Source of the DNA: Octopus bimaculoides
Taxonomy: Eukaryota
Assembly (NCBI RefSeq): GCF_001194135.2
Contig: NC_068982.1
Location: 15,788,595-15,852,594 of the forward strand
Reading direction: 5' to 3'
Length of the DNA: 64,000 nt
Both the position numbers and the translations under genes were made by a program. The notes under the pieces are model-generated. The model was not told where the DNA came from, made no database searches, and was given only the letters and a program-made list of their open reading frames with translations. Below, piece after piece: positions 13,277-26,682 of this stretch; positions within the stretch are counted from its first letter, which is position 1, and each line of letters begins with the position of its first letter.

Positions 13277-13919
13277 CGTACCTTTGCTTTATGGATGTTG
13301 ACCAAGGGTGACCCCATAGACCGACCATATCTATCTTTATATATACATATATATATCAGGTGTGTATATGTTAATAAAGTTCTGGGGTAGATTCTTCTGT
13401 TTCTCTCTGTCTGTCTATCTGTCTGTCTCTCTTTCTCCCTCCATCTCTGGGTCACCTATGTTGTTCTGCATGTATCCCAGTTTCTAGACTATGTGTTTTG
13501 TATCTCTTCATCTAATAACTGATGACTAAAATGGTTTCCACCAGTAAAGATGTTTCACTGCAAAACAATGCTGCAGAAAGCAGAAAAAAAAATAAGAAAC
13601 ACAAAAAAAGAGTAAAAAGGAAAAAGAAGACCCATCCACCCATGGTGTTGACAGAATAACAATGTAAAACAACAATGATGTTGAGGATGAAGATGAGAAT
13701 TATGTCTATCATCCTACCTACATATGTATGTATNNNNNNNNNNNNNNNNNNNNNNNNNNNNNNNNNNNNNNNNNNNNNNNNNNNNNNNNNNNNNNNNNNN
13801 NNNNNNNNNNNNNNNNNNNNNNNNNNNNNNNNNTAAATATGAACTTCTGTCCTCTATGTTTTCTAGCAATTTGAATCACAGCTTCTTTCTCTGTATCACC
13901 AGCATTACTAGATGTCATT

Positions 13920-14660
13920 AAACACTCCTCTTCCTCCTTCTTCTCTCCCATCCTCTCCTTCCCTTCCTCTTCCTCCTCCTCCTCTTCTCTCCCATCCTTG
14001 CTCACCTTATTCTTCTCTTCCTCCTCCTCCTCCCCTTCTTTTTCTTCTCCTCCCCATCTTCTCCCTCCTTATACTTCCCTTTCTTCTTCTTCTTCTTCTT
14101 CCCTTATCCTCCTCCCCATCCTCTCCTTCCTTATTATTCACTTCGTCCTCCTCCTTCTACTTCCCCTCCTCCTCCTCCTTCTACTTCCCATCCTCCTCCT
14201 CCTTCTACTTCCCATCCTCCTCCTTCTCTCTATCCTTTCCCTCCTTATTCTTCACTTCCTCCTCCTCCCTATCCTCTCACTTCCTCCTCCTTCTTTTTCT
14301 TCTTCTTCTCCTTTTTCCCATCCTTCTCCTTCTCCCTATCCTCTCCCTCCTTATTCTTCACATCCTCCTTCTCCCCATCCTCTCCCTCCTCCTCCTCTTC
14401 CTCCAATTCTCCCCATCCTCTCCCTCCTTATTCTTCACTTCCTCCTACTCTTCCTCTTCTTCTCTCCCATCCTCTCCCACCTTATCCAGCTCTTCCTCCT
14501 CCTCGTCTCTCCCATCCTCATTCTCATCTTCTCCCCTTCTCCACCTTCCACCCCTCTTTATCCTTCTCCTTCTCATCCTCCTTCCATCTCACCACCGCCA
14601 CCACAATTGTCAGCATCACCGCCACCACAATTGTCAGCATCACCGCCACCACCATTGTTA
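13920..14660. repeat. Polypyrimidine low-complexity tract ((CCT/CTT)n with ctccccatcctctccctcct units)
   Basis: Nearly pure C/T on +; long Ser/Pro/Leu ORFs in several frames are compositional. Confidence 0.9.
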
Positions 14661-15234
14661 CAACCACCCTCATTTGCATTGCTGAAGGATCCCTTTCCTC
14701 TCACAAGGGAACAGATGTCACTAACAGAAAATCTGAATCCAGTTCAAAGAGCAACAGTCTTAGTTAACGCTTTTAAAAGTTATCTCCAGAGATTTTCCAT
14801 AGAAATTAAAGCCGGCACCAAAAATTACATTTCATATACAAATATGTCTATGTAAAAAATTGAAGAAAGAAGAATCGGTAACGGACATTAAGACACCAGC
14901 AATTAATGGTGTTAGATATATCAATTAATGGTGTTAGATATTGTCCACCTCACAGTACTGCTTGTGTATGTTTGGTGCTAATTTCCTTGTTATGTTACAG
15001 GTTGCAGAGAGATACAGCACCAACAGTTTTTGTATTGGTGTAAAAACACACACACGCACATTTAGCTGACACTCCATTGGTTCTGCTGTTGAGGGGTTCC
15101 ATTTGATCCAGTTACCAGAATAGCCTGCACATGAGCTTAACTTGCAAGTGCCAGAACACTCTACAGACACACATCCTCCACCTCCTCCTCCCCCATCCTC
15201 TCCCGCCTCCTCTTTTGTGGCATAGTTCCCAGGG

Positions 15235-15435
15235 AGATTCAGCATGACACAGAACATAACAAGACTGGCCCCTTTGAATTACAGGTGCAACTCATTTTTG
15301 CCAGCTGAGTGGACTGGAGCAAAGTGAAATAAAGTGTCTTGCTCAAGGACACAATGCACAGCTGGGTATTGAACCTGTAACCTCATGATCGTGAGCTGAG
15401 TACCCTAACCACTAAGCCACGCAACTTCACACACA
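15235..15435 (-). mobile_element. tRNA-derived SINE (family E here)
   Basis: Reverse head gcgtggcttagtggttaggg, body gtccttgagcaagacactttatttcac..ccactcagctggcaaaaatgagt. Other copies at 48010-48170(+) and 59413-59586(-). Confidence 0.75.
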
Positions 15436-15913
15436 TAAACAAACTCATATAACGTAGTAACTCAGGTTATCCTTAGTCATGTGACCAAGGGTCACCTTGC
15501 TGCTAAAACATGCCCTGCTTATTATTTATTTCAGTTTTATTATCAAGTTATTAGAAAATTAGTTGATAAATCAAATTAATGAATAAATTAGCTATTTTGT
15601 TAAAAGTTCTTTAGACCCAGCCTCTGTGACCTTATTAATAAAGATGTGCCCCGCATTGGCAGCATGACCCTTCCAAAGAATAACGATATCAGTTTCAAAA
15701 CATATGATTCTACATCAAGAATCTTGCAAAACAGGCAAAACCGAAACCAGCACCACCAGCACCACCATTAAAATCATCACCATCATCATTATTATTTTCT
15801 CTTTATCACAGGTTTTGTTGGGGTTCCTGGAGTCTTGCATGCATAGAAGGCTTCCTACCTGCAGCCTACGGTACCATGCTAGCCATTCTTTGCAGCTATC
15901 TAATGCATTCCTG

Positions 15914-16255
15914 ATTATTATTATTATTATTCAGTAGTCTTATTTTTATCACGTGCTTTCACTTCACTACCGAGCGCAGCTCTGTGCGCCTTGGGTATGT
16001 GCTGTGGTTTGTTGTGATGCTCTTATTTTTACTGTACTGAAAGTGTTTTACGCAGGATGTGTACGGTGCCTAGTAGTGTTATTTTCTGTCTGTTATATAT
16101 ATTTGTAAGTCCTGGTGTTTTTGTTATGTATTTGTCTGAATATTTTTTATCATACCTAATGCACCTACTATGATAGGAATTGTTTCTGTTTTTAGAGTCC
16201 ACATTCGAATTACCTCCATTTCCAGGTCTTTGTATTTTGAAACTTTGGTGGGAAG
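15914..16255 (-). mobile_element. 3' end of an RLE-type (R4/Dong/NeSL-like) non-LTR element
   Basis: KYKDLEMEVIRMWTLKTETIPIIVGALG...ITLLGTVHILRKTLS*, short 3' UTR, (AAT)n tail. Confidence 0.8.
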
Positions 16256-16470
16256 CTTGCAGAACTGTTAGCACGCCAGCAAAATGCTTAGCAGCATTTT
16301 ATCTGTCTTCAGTTTCTGAGTTCAAATTCCACTGGGGTTAATTTTGCCTTACATCCTTTCAGGGTCGATAAAATAAGTACCAGTTGCATACTGGGGTCGA
16401 TCTAATTGACCTATCCCCTCCCCTGAAATTGCTGGCCTTATGCATATAGCAGAAAAGATTATTATTATTA

Positions 16471-16508
<38 letters not shown>

Positions 16509-16608
16509 GTTGTTGTTGTTGTTGTTGTTGTTGCTGTTGTTGTTATAATTATTGTTATGTTCCACTTTTGTTGTTTTTGCAGATAACAAGATAGAGGCTC
16601 TTAAAACT

Positions 16609-16710
16609 ATGGCAGCTGTCAAACGGATTAAGGTTTATATCACAATTCTAAAGAGTGGATATTTAACCAAAGTGAACCAGGGGAATCTGAGTTCCTTAAA
16701 TCTTATGTCA
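16609..16710 (+). CDS. Coding exon: PH domain beta1 (MAAVKRIKVYITILKSGYLTKVNQGNLSSLNLMS)
   Basis: Acceptor ttttgcag ends 16582; ATG in strong context aaaactATGG at 16609; ILKSGYLTK is a typical PH start; donor gtaagt at 16711, phase 0. The exon begins at 16583 and may be coding from there. Confidence 0.8.
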
Positions 16711-17449
16711 GTAAGTAAACTTGTCGAATCTTTCTTCCCCAAATTTTTAACAAATTTCACNNNNNNNNNNNNNNNNNNNNNNNNNNNNNNNNNNNNNNNN
16801 NNNNNNNNNNNNNNNNNNNNNNNNNNNNNNNNNNNNNNNNNNNNNNNNNNNNNNNNNNNNNNNNNNNNNNNNNNNNNNNNNNNNNNNNNNNNNNNNNNNN
16901 NNNNNNNNNNNNNNNNNNNNNNNNNNNNNNNNNNNNNNNNNNNNNNNNNNNNNNNNNNNNNNNNNNNNNNNNNNNNNNNNNNNNNNNNNNNNNNNNNNNN
17001 NNNNNNNNNNNNNNNNNNNNNNNNNNNNNNNNNNNNNNNNNNNGGGGGGAGAAGAATTGACCTCAGTGCTTGAATGACACTGTATTTGTTGTTCCAACAT
17101 AATCATCATCATCATTATTATCATCATCATCGTTATCATCATCAGTTTAACGCTCACTTTTCCATGCTTGTATGGCTCAGATGGAATGTGTTGAGACAGA
17201 GTTTTCTTTGGCTGGATGCTCTTCTTGTTGCCAACCCTCACCTTTTTCCAAATAAGGTAATATTTCCCAATGGCCAGACTTGTTTAACATGAAAGAGTGG
17301 AAATGAAGGACACCACTTCCCTAAAGATAACACTCATTTACAACTCTCACAAGATGAAAATTAAAACTAACCTCCGTAGGATTTGATCCGTTACACAGAA
17401 ACCTAGAACAAATATCACAAGCCATTCTACTCTCCTCAACTAATTTTTT

Positions 17450-17910
17450 CATAAAAAGGACCCATACCAATTCCACATAAAAGGCACCTGTGCCAGTGCT
17501 ATGTATAGAGCACCTGGGCTGGTGCCACGTAAAAGGCACCTGCGCCAGTGCTATGTATGGAGCCCCTAGGCTGGTGCCACATAAAAGGCACAGAGCACCT
17601 GGGCTGGTGTCACATAAAAAGCACAGAGCACTTGGGCTAATGCCACATAAAAGGCACCCGTGCCAGTGCTGTGTAAGGAGTACTTGCAATGATGCCACAT
17701 AAAAAGCACCCATCCTGGTGCCATGTAAAAAGCAGATGGAGTGGGGCCACTTAAGAACACCTATGCTAGTGCTACGTTTAAATGTCCCCAGTACACCCTG
17801 TAAAATGGTTGGCATTAGAAAGGGCATCCACCTATAGAAACCATGCCAAAATAGATTCAAGTCATACCATCATGGAAAATGAATGTTAAATGATGATGAT
17901 GATGATGATG
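17450..17910 (+). mobile_element. Family C copy with ~7 irregular internal repeats
   Basis: ccac(a/g)taaaaggcacc core at ~17477, 17524, 17577, 17608, 17644, 17695 and 17721; (GAT)n tail at ~17890. Confidence 0.8.
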
Positions 17911-18542
17911 TGATCAATACACAGAGTATAAAAGTACATTCCAAGAATTTTTCTGATAACAAACATATATTTCTTTATTTTCAATCTGTGATAACCTTAT
18001 TGAGTATTAGAATTATGGTATTTTGGAGTATAGGACAGATGTTTAGTGTATACAGTAATTGAATATGAGAGAATTTACTATTTTAAACCAAAGAAATGTA
18101 TTTCTTACATTTTATGAAAATGTGATTCTGTGGAATTAAATTTCTGGTTTGTTAATTTAGATGGAATGGTAGATATGTGTTTATATTTCAAACAAAATAA
18201 AACGGCCAAAAATGAAAAAAAGAAATACAAAGATTTATGAGGCAATGGGATTCCGTTGAGGATATTCTTCGTATTATTGTCATTAAACTGAGATATCAGA
18301 AAACAGACTTTTCGTTCTTTCCCCAGATTTCTTAAATCACACCCTATTGTCTTTAAAAGAAAACAAAAATAAAGAATAGGCATTATTGGATAATGAGATA
18401 TTCAAGTATTTTGCTCCAACCCTATTCTTGATATTCATCATCAGCATCACAATATCTTCTCTCCCTCCTCTGTGTGTGTATGTGTGTGTAATGTTAACGT
18501 TTGTTTTTGTGTGCAGTTATAATGATTTCTTTATTTATTCTT

Positions 18543-19215
18543 TGTGGAGGCACAATGGCCCAGTGGTTAGGGCGGCAGGCTTGCGGTCGTAGGATTGCAG
18601 TTTCGATTCCCAGACCGGGTGTTGTGAGCGTTTATTGAATGAAAACACCTAAAGCTCCACGAGGCTCTGGCAGGGGATGGTGGCGAACCTTGCGGTACTC
18701 TTTCGCGACAACTTTCTCTCAATCTTTCTTCCTGTTTCTGTTGTACCTGTAATTCAAAGAGCCAGCCTTGTTACACTGTGTCATGTTGAATCTCTCTGAG
18801 AGCTATGTTAAGGGTACACGTGTCTGTGGGCTGCTCAGCCATTTGCACGTTAATTTCACGAGCAGGCTGTTCCTTTGATCATATCAGCTGGGACCCTCAT
18901 TGTCATAACTGATAGAGTGCTCCTTTGTGGAGACCCAATGGCCCAGTGGTTAGGGTCGTGGACTCGCGGTCATAGGATCGTGGTTTCGATTCCCAGAATG
19001 GGTGTTGTGAGTGTTTAACGAAAACACTTGAATGCTCCATGAGGCTCCGGCAGGGGATGGTGGTGAACCCTGCTGTACTCTTTCACCACAACTTTCTCTC
19101 ACTCTTTCTTCCTGTTTCTGTTGTGCCTGTATTTCAAAGGGCCAGCCTTGTCACACTTTGTATCACACTGAATCTCCCGAGAACTACGTTAAGGGTACAT
19201 GTGTCTCTAATGGAG
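18543..19215 (+). mobile_element. Tandem pair of tRNA-derived SINEs (family D here)
   Basis: Heads tgtggaggcacaatggcccagtggttaggg (18543) and tgtggagacccaatggcccagtggttaggg (18926), with B box gtttcgattccc and collinear bodies; the second is 3'-truncated. Confidence 0.85.
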
Positions 19216-20628
19216 AAACCAGTAAACTAGGAATCAAAGGGGTGTATAGGTAAAAAATGGATTAAATGATCACAGTTGGAGATTTCCTCTGTACCTGATT
19301 TTCTATGTTGACCTGAGGTCACACATTGTAGAAGGGAAGGGTTTGAGATCAGTTTTAATCAATTCCAATTAATGATTGACATTAATGAAAATTATTGTTA
19401 ACATTGGCAGGATTTGAATTCCAAATGTAGGCAAAAATGGAGTTTAACTGTATAAGGTTTTCTTCACTTCCATTTTTTTTTAGTACAAGAATCAATGATT
19501 TAAGTGAAGATCGTTCTCTTCATTAAGCATTTTATTTTAATTAATTACCGCTTTACTATTAATTCCTCTTGCAACCGGAATGCCAGGGTACATTTTTATA
19601 GTTGTTCTTTTAAGTTAATAGAACACGGCTTTGAGTTCATTCACAAAATCTTTACCATTGTAGTTGTTCTAAGATTTAGCACTCATAATTGTCACTCTTA
19701 CCGTTTTTCTTTATATTTATATCTTTATTAACAGAAGCAGTCATTAAGATAATAATTGTTTTAATCAATAAAGGTGTAATTTTAATTAATTAGAATTTCT
19801 TAGCTTTTTACATTGATTATGTTAGCACCCACTTTTATCAAACAGTGTACGACATTTAACTTAGCACATTCTATCACTTTTGCATCTAATTCCATATGCT
19901 GTTAGTTATTCTAGTATTAAAGCATAAAAGAATATATAATTCTTTTACTCTTTTACTTGTTTCAGTCATTTGACTGTGGCCATGCTGGAGCACTGCCTTG
20001 TTGTGTTTTAGTCAAACGAATTGACCCCAGGACTTATTTTTTGAGCCTGGTACTTATTCTCTCAGTTTCATTTGTTAAGTTACGGAGACATAAACATATC
20101 AACGCCAGTTATCAAGTGGTGATGATGGTCAAGTGTCAGATGATGACAGGTTAGAGAGTGACCAAGGGACAGAGAAGCAAGACACCTATTTCTGCCTGTC
20201 TGTCTGTCTGTCACACTCTGACCTTTCATCATCAGACACAAGATCCCCTTCCTCCAATGCCCCGTCCCTCTCAAAATTCCTTGTCTTGCGAGTTACTTGG
20301 TGACTCTGCCAGTGCTGATGCCACGTAAAAAGGCATCTAGTCCACACTGTAAAGTGGTCGGCATTTGGAAGGGCATCCAATGGTGAAAATCATACCAAAA
20401 TGGACCTTGCCTGTGCTAGTGCCACGTAAGAAGCACTCTGTCCACTCTGCGGAGTGGTTGGTGTTAGGAAGGGCATCCTGCCATAAAAACCCTGCCAGAA
20501 CAGACACAGTAGCCTGGTGCAGTGTTCTGCCTAGTCAGCTCTTGTCCACTGTCCTACCCATGCAAGCATGGAAGCAGAATGTTAAATGATGATGAGGAGG
20601 AGGATGGGGAGGGGGAACACAGACACAA

Positions 20629-20664
<36 letters not shown>

Positions 20665-23439
20665 CTGGCTTCTTTTACAGTTTCCATCTACCAAATCCAC
20701 CTACAAGGCTTTAGTCAGCTTGAGGCTATAGTAGAAAACACTTGCCCGAGGTGCCATGCAGTGGGACTGAACCCAGAACCATGTGGTTGGGAATAACTGA
20801 AGAAAGCATAAATATTGGTTTCAAAGTTTGGCACAAGGCCAGCAATTGTGGAGATGGATGCAAGTTGATTAAATCAACCCCAATACACAGCTGGTACTTG
20901 TTTTATCAACCCTGAAAAGATGAAGGGCAAAAGTCTACTTCTGTAGTATTTGAACTCAGAATGTAAAGCCATGAGAAATACCACTAAGCATTTTTTTCCA
21001 GCACTGTAATGATTCTGCTAGTTTGCAGCCCTCAGTTGCAAATATTGAAACAAGGCCAGCAATTTCAAGCCCAATGTTTTTGTGGTTCTTATTTTATGAG
21101 CCCCAAATGGATGAAAGGTAAAGTAGACCTTGGTGGAATTTGAACTCAGAATGTAGAGACAAACGAAATGCTGCCAAGTATTTTTGCCCAGCATGTTAAC
21201 AATTCCGCCATTTTGCTGCCATATAGAAAGCATCATGATGATCATCATCATCGTGTAACGTCCGCTTTCCATGCTAGTATGGGTTGGACTATTTGACTGA
21301 GGACTGGTGAAACCAGATGGCTACCCCAGGCTCCAATCTGATTTGGCTGAGTTTCTACAGCTGGATGCCCTTCCTAACGCCAACCACTCAGAGAGTGTAG
21401 TGGGTACTTTTACGTGCCACCTGCACAAAATAATGATAATCATTATGGTAGTCTCTTGTTGTCCAAACAAAGACGGTTCTGAAATTTCTTACCAAACAAC
21501 CTTCATGAATGTTTATTTTTTTAGGGATCAAATTTTTGTGCCATACTTCACCTCAATCCCTCCATCAAATTGATAGGTGCATGGTGTGCCACATGTCAAG
21601 TTAGCTACATGAATTGAAGCGTTTTGCTCAAGAAAACAACACACCGCCTGGTCCAGGAATTGAAACCACAATCCCTTGATTGTGAGTGCAACACCCAAAC
21701 AATGCATCCTCATACTGATAATCATATTGCTTACATGATTACATGCCATGTAAACATAAAATGACCGTGGTACACATTCATAAAAAGCCAGATTAGAAAC
21801 TACAAGGAAGCCTGCCTGACCTTCTAACCAATTTCCTAATTCAACATCCTGGATTGGCACTTTTTTATTGACCCCCATCCCCACCCCCAAAAGAATGAAA
21901 AGCTAACTTGATCTCAGAATAAATATTCTTTTCCTACACTAGGCACAAGGCCCAAAATTTTTTGGGGAGGGGGCCAGTCGATTACATCGACTCCAGTGCA
22001 TAACTGGTACTTAATTTATCGACCCCCGAAAGGATGAAAGGCAAAGTCGACCTTAGCAGAGTTTGAACTTAGAACATAAAGACAGACGAAATACCATTAA
22101 ACATTTCACCCAGCGTGCTAATGTTTCTGCTAGCTTGTCACCTTAGAATCAAAATAAATATTGCATGATATTCTGTCCAACACTTTGCCAATTCTAATGG
22201 TGCATGTCATGTTTATATTTGACCCTTATAAACTCTTATTTAAGGAGTGTCAGTTTACAATTTTGTTAAAGGATACCCAGTATGTACTTTTGTTTTTCAA
22301 GCTGATCTAGCATGTGGATACTAGTTTGCTTCACGCAATATACCAAGAATTTTTAATTAGAAATATATCTTTAGTGCTGCGTTACCATACTGAAGTACTT
22401 GCGGTGGATTACACTGTTTTGCAGGATTACATATTACTATTTTTTGTTAATTTGGCCGGCTGGTTACATTTCGGGTTACTTTTAAAAGTATTTGGGCTAC
22501 TTATCCACAACTTTTATGTTTTAGTTCAAATTTTATGTTAGTGATATTTTAAAATTCATAAACAAATGAAATTAAATCTGATTAGCCATATTCTTGAATA
22601 CTTTGATCTGTATTGTATTTTGAATATAAAGTTTTGGAAAAACAAATTATAGATGTGCTATAATTATTATGTAATTAAATTACCTAATGCAGTAATTTAT
22701 AAAGGTAGTTCATAGAAGTAATGCATAAATTGGATAGCGCCAGTAATGAGAAATTTCCATTGAAATATATTGCTAATTAGATCATACAATAGCTGCTACA
22801 GCACTACCTGTTTCATTCCGTCTTCTGCAAAAAAAAAAAAAGAATTGCTCAAAAAAATCATTACTTATGCATGTTAATAGTTTTAAATATTTCATTACAA
22901 ACGCAATGTAAAATGTCTATGTTGCTTGAAATGAATTTTGAATGCAAAGAATCTTGACAATTAGAAAAACAATAATAAATTATAATGACGTTTGCATCTG
23001 TTATAGAATGATTCAATTGTGGTTTGAAACTGTTGTGGGCAAGTACTTTTGGTAAATACTGTACAGCAACAGTTCGTGATTCCTTAGAAGCAAATTACTT
23101 GGCTACAGTATACTAAAAAGTTGAGACAATAATAGCGTGACAGGTGTCCATTAATGAATTTATATTGGCACCAACAGGTTATCTTAGATATCAGAATGAT
23201 CCAATGTTTTCAGTATATCCCTCTTTATTTATTTGGTGATATTTCACTTCTATATGGAGACTCTTTGGTTATAAAGTGAACCAGAAGTTGTTGGCAGTTG
23301 TTTGTCTGTCACATGGTATAAGACAGAACAACAAACTATTTTTTAATGAATCTTGATAATGTCAAAACTATACACATTATACAATGAGCATGTAGTCAAA
23401 GTGTGATAAAAAGTCTGAAAAGTCCTGCTTAATAGATCC

Positions 23440-24400
23440 ACAATTTTTAAATTAAGCAACTGAACTAAAACATCAAAGCAATAAAGCTTTGCTATAAAGT
23501 GTGTAATTTTGAAATATGATCTCACAAAACCAGATCAACAAAGCATGCTTCTTCAGCTAGACATAAAATGATAGAACTGTAATAAACTCGTATTCACCAC
23601 AGACTATCAAAGCAATATTTTTTTTTTTCCTGCAGCAAAATAACAAAATTTACACTATAGTTAGCAGAATTTGTCACTTGTCATTCAAGTATTTGTGGCA
23701 TCAATCATTTAGGAGGACTTATTAATAAAGAAATTTCTTCATTATCAATTGCAGCTGATTTGAAACTGCGCAGGATAAAATATATGGCACTAATAAGGCA
23801 AAAAAAAAAAATGTTATTACTGTGTCCTTTCTGAAAGAACAAATTAGACAGGAAATCGTCAGTTTTTGATTTTGGATAAATCAACCGACATCACTTATGA
23901 AGAGCATTGATGTGTGTGTGTGTGTGTGTGTTTGTGTGCATGCGCACATGTGTGTGTGTTAGATATTCTTATAAACAACAAAATAAATGTGTATCACAGT
24001 TTTTCTGATTAATTCCTGTTCCGAAATTCCTGTCACTGAAATGCTGCACCAAGCTGTGGAAAAGTTTGAGTAATGTTGGAATTATTATTAAAAACTGTTT
24101 TGCTATTGCAACAAATGGAATTTTAAACCTTTGTGACAGTAATAATTCTTTCTATGCATTAATGAAATTAGATAATCTAAACTTGATTCTCATAAAATGC
24201 ATTTGTCACTCTCTCTATTTTGCATGTTGCCATACTGTTGAAGAATTGCCTTTGAGCATTGACTGTCTGTTAAGAGGTGCTTACAACTTTTACTACAGAC
24301 AAGTATTGTGAAGATGATTTTGTATGGAAATGTAAGAATTAATCAATGATGGCATCAGGCCATTGGAAATGGTTTAGCATTCAGTCACAAATGGTAACTA
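23440..24400 (+). mobile_element. Fossil hAT transposase (ZNF862/ZBED-like)
   Basis: Frameshifted motifs in order: KHASSARHK, IAADLKLRR, FLILDKSTDIT (first catalytic D motif), CFAIATNG (TDG), LILIKCICHSL (CxxH). Interrupted by (TG)n at ~23910-23960. Confidence 0.8.
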
Positions 24401-24499
24401 TGGAACGGTTTCTGTGTAAAAAGAAATGTTATTTATTTTATTTGTTATGTCTTCATGAAAAGGGTATTTCTCATGGACCTTGACAGCCTTCTGGGACCA

Positions 24500-24770
24500 G
24501 TGAGATTAATGCTGTTAATAAAAGTTGGCAACAGCAAGAAAGAAAGACATGTGCAAGGGGAGAATTCAAGAGGACTGAGGTTCTGAGGTGGTTGAACTGG
24601 CCTTAATAGTTAGAGCAGGAGCTTAGAGTTGGAATCAATATATAGGATATGCGGGGGAGGAGGAGGAGAAATTAGTAGTTAAGAGGGCTTGAGTAGTGAT
24701 AGCATGAGGTTTGCCCACTCCAAGAAGCAGAGGCCATTGTAGTCACAGGATGAAATTGAGACTGAATTTT
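24500..24770 (-). mobile_element. Possible CR1/L2-type LINE 3' fragment
   Basis: Reverse gives YNGLC..E.ANLM and (L)NSPL.HVF-like residues; heavily decayed. Confidence 0.4.
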
Positions 24771-24779
24771 CAAATGCTA

Positions 24780-24958
24780 CAGGTCGCCTTCAAATACCCT
24801 GACACCATGTAAAGAACATCCGTGTTGGTGCCAACCCCTTTTGTTTAAATGAGGTTTCTCATGGACCCCTTTTAATATGCTAATCCTTATATATATATAT
24901 ATATANNNNNNNNNNGAGCACCAGGGTTCCGTGGAGCCCAGGTTGGGAACTACCGACA
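24780..24958 (-). mobile_element. hAT-type non-autonomous element end
   Basis: Reverse strand reads cggtagttcccaacctgggctccacggaaccc, like CAGTGGTTCCCAACCT hAT MITE termini. Confidence 0.5.
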
Positions 24959-25222
24959 TATGTACTTAAATTAAACAAGGTATGAATAATGGTCATTACA
25001 TATTTTGCCTTTAGTGGAGCAAATTTGGCTTACAACTGTTTCCAGTAATCATTATTGGTTCGTTACTAACAGGCTTACTCAATTGGTCTATTGATCAGTT
25101 GAGAAAAATTGAATGACCCCTAAAAATTAACGCTATTTTTGTCAGAGGCATTTCTAGTTATAAACAAAGCAACAATTATTTCTAAACTATTGTGATTTCT
25201 GGCTATTATAAGTATTGTTTAA

Positions 25223-25439
25223 CCCCTTTTGTTAACTACAAGACTTGACTATCCTTGTTCCAATGTTACAAACCTTCATGTTTTAAAGAGATCTAAATTT
25301 AAACTTTTCATTAAAATTTTACATTAATTTGCTTCAAATACATGTTTAATAGCGACGATATCATTTTATTAAATTCTTCGTTATTTTCAAAATTAATTGA
25401 GACAAAGTGCATTTCAATAGAGATTTGGTAACAAAAGGG
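25223..25439. mobile_element. piggyBac-type MITE
   Basis: TTAA|ccccttttgttaac ... ggtaacaaaaggg|TTAA. Related pieces at ~30075-30362, ~42560-42670, ~48520-49030 and ~63362-63448. Confidence 0.7.
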
Positions 25440-26682
25440 TTAAATTTAGTCTTCACAATTATTTCCTTCATTATATCATGTTTGTAGTTTAGGCTGGAAG
25501 GGGGTCTTTAAACTATTAGTAAACTGACGCATAATTATAGGTATCTGTACCCTGTTCATAGTAACAAAAAAAAAAGGGAGAAAAAGGTTGTAATGGGTTA
25601 AGTTTTCTCAGATTATATTGAATATCAATTAGAGAAAGAAAAACTTTTGAAATTTCAGTAATTTTGATAAGATACTTCAAAACTGTACCTTACATTTTGC
25701 AGTATAATATTGACAAATCATCAATTAAATATTGTTCTAATTAAAATTACAAGATTTATTAAAAAATTCAATATGTAATTTTGTGTTTTTTTTTGTTTTT
25801 GTTTTTGTGTTTACAAGATCAAAAAAATAAATAAATTCTTTGTGATTCTCAAAGAAAAAGACAATTCAATAGAACTGTCAAACAATGCTTGATTAATAAA
25901 ATAAGATTATTTCCTTTATGTGTTTCCTTTCATTGGATAATTTCCATAGAAATAAATTNNNNNNNNNNNNNNNNNNNNNNNNNNNNNNNNNNNNNNNNNN
26001 NNNNNNNNNNNNNNNNNNNNNNNNNNNNNNNNNNNNNNNNNNNNNNNNNNNNNNNNNNNNNNNNNNNNNNNNNNNNNNNNNNNNNNNNNNNNNNNNNNNN
26101 NNNNNNNNNNNNNNNNNNNNNNNNNNNNNNNNNNNNNNNNNNNNNNNNNNNNNNNNNNNNNNNNNNNNNNNNNNNNNNNNNNNNNNNNNNNNNNNNNNNN
26201 NNNNNNNNNNNNNNNNNNNNNNNNNNNNNNNNNNNNNNNNNNNNNNNNNNNNNNNNNNNNNNNNNNNNNNNNNNNNNNNNNNNNNNNNNNNNNNNNNNNN
26301 NNNNNNNNNNNNNNNNNNNNNNNNNNNNNNNNNNNNNNNNNNNNNNNNNNNNNNNNNNNNNNNNNNNNNNNNNNNNNNNNNNNNNNNNNNNNNNNNNNNN
26401 NNNNNNNNNNNNNNNNNNNNNNNNNNNNNNNNNNNNNNNNNNNNNNNNNNNNNNNNNNNNNNNNNNNNNNNNNNNNNNNNNNNNNNNNNNNNNNNNNNNN
26501 NNNNNNNNNNNNNNNNNNNNNNNNNNNNNNNNNNNNNNNNNNNNNNNNNNNNNNNNNNNNNNNNNNNNNNNNNNNNNNNNNNNNNNNNNNNNNNNNNNNN
26601 NNNNNNNNNNNNNNNNNNNNNNNNNNNNNNNNNNNNNNNNNNNNNNNNNATTTATTTATTTATTTATTATTTGTAATGGTGA

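Noticed and set aside
13912-14855. 257-aa and 285-aa Ser/Pro/Leu ORFs
   Set aside because: A polypyrimidine tract cannot encode stops and is open in several frames; there is no splice or domain support.
17450-17760. CRISPR-like repeat-spacer array (also 12690-12935, 58170-58450, 2620-2880)
   Set aside because: Repeats are degenerate, spacers resemble one another, there are no cas genes, the context is a eukaryotic intron, and each array is attached to the same dispersed retroposon tail.
18543-18620. tRNA genes at SINE heads
   Set aside because: A and B boxes are present, but there is no complete cloverleaf, and each continues into a SINE body.
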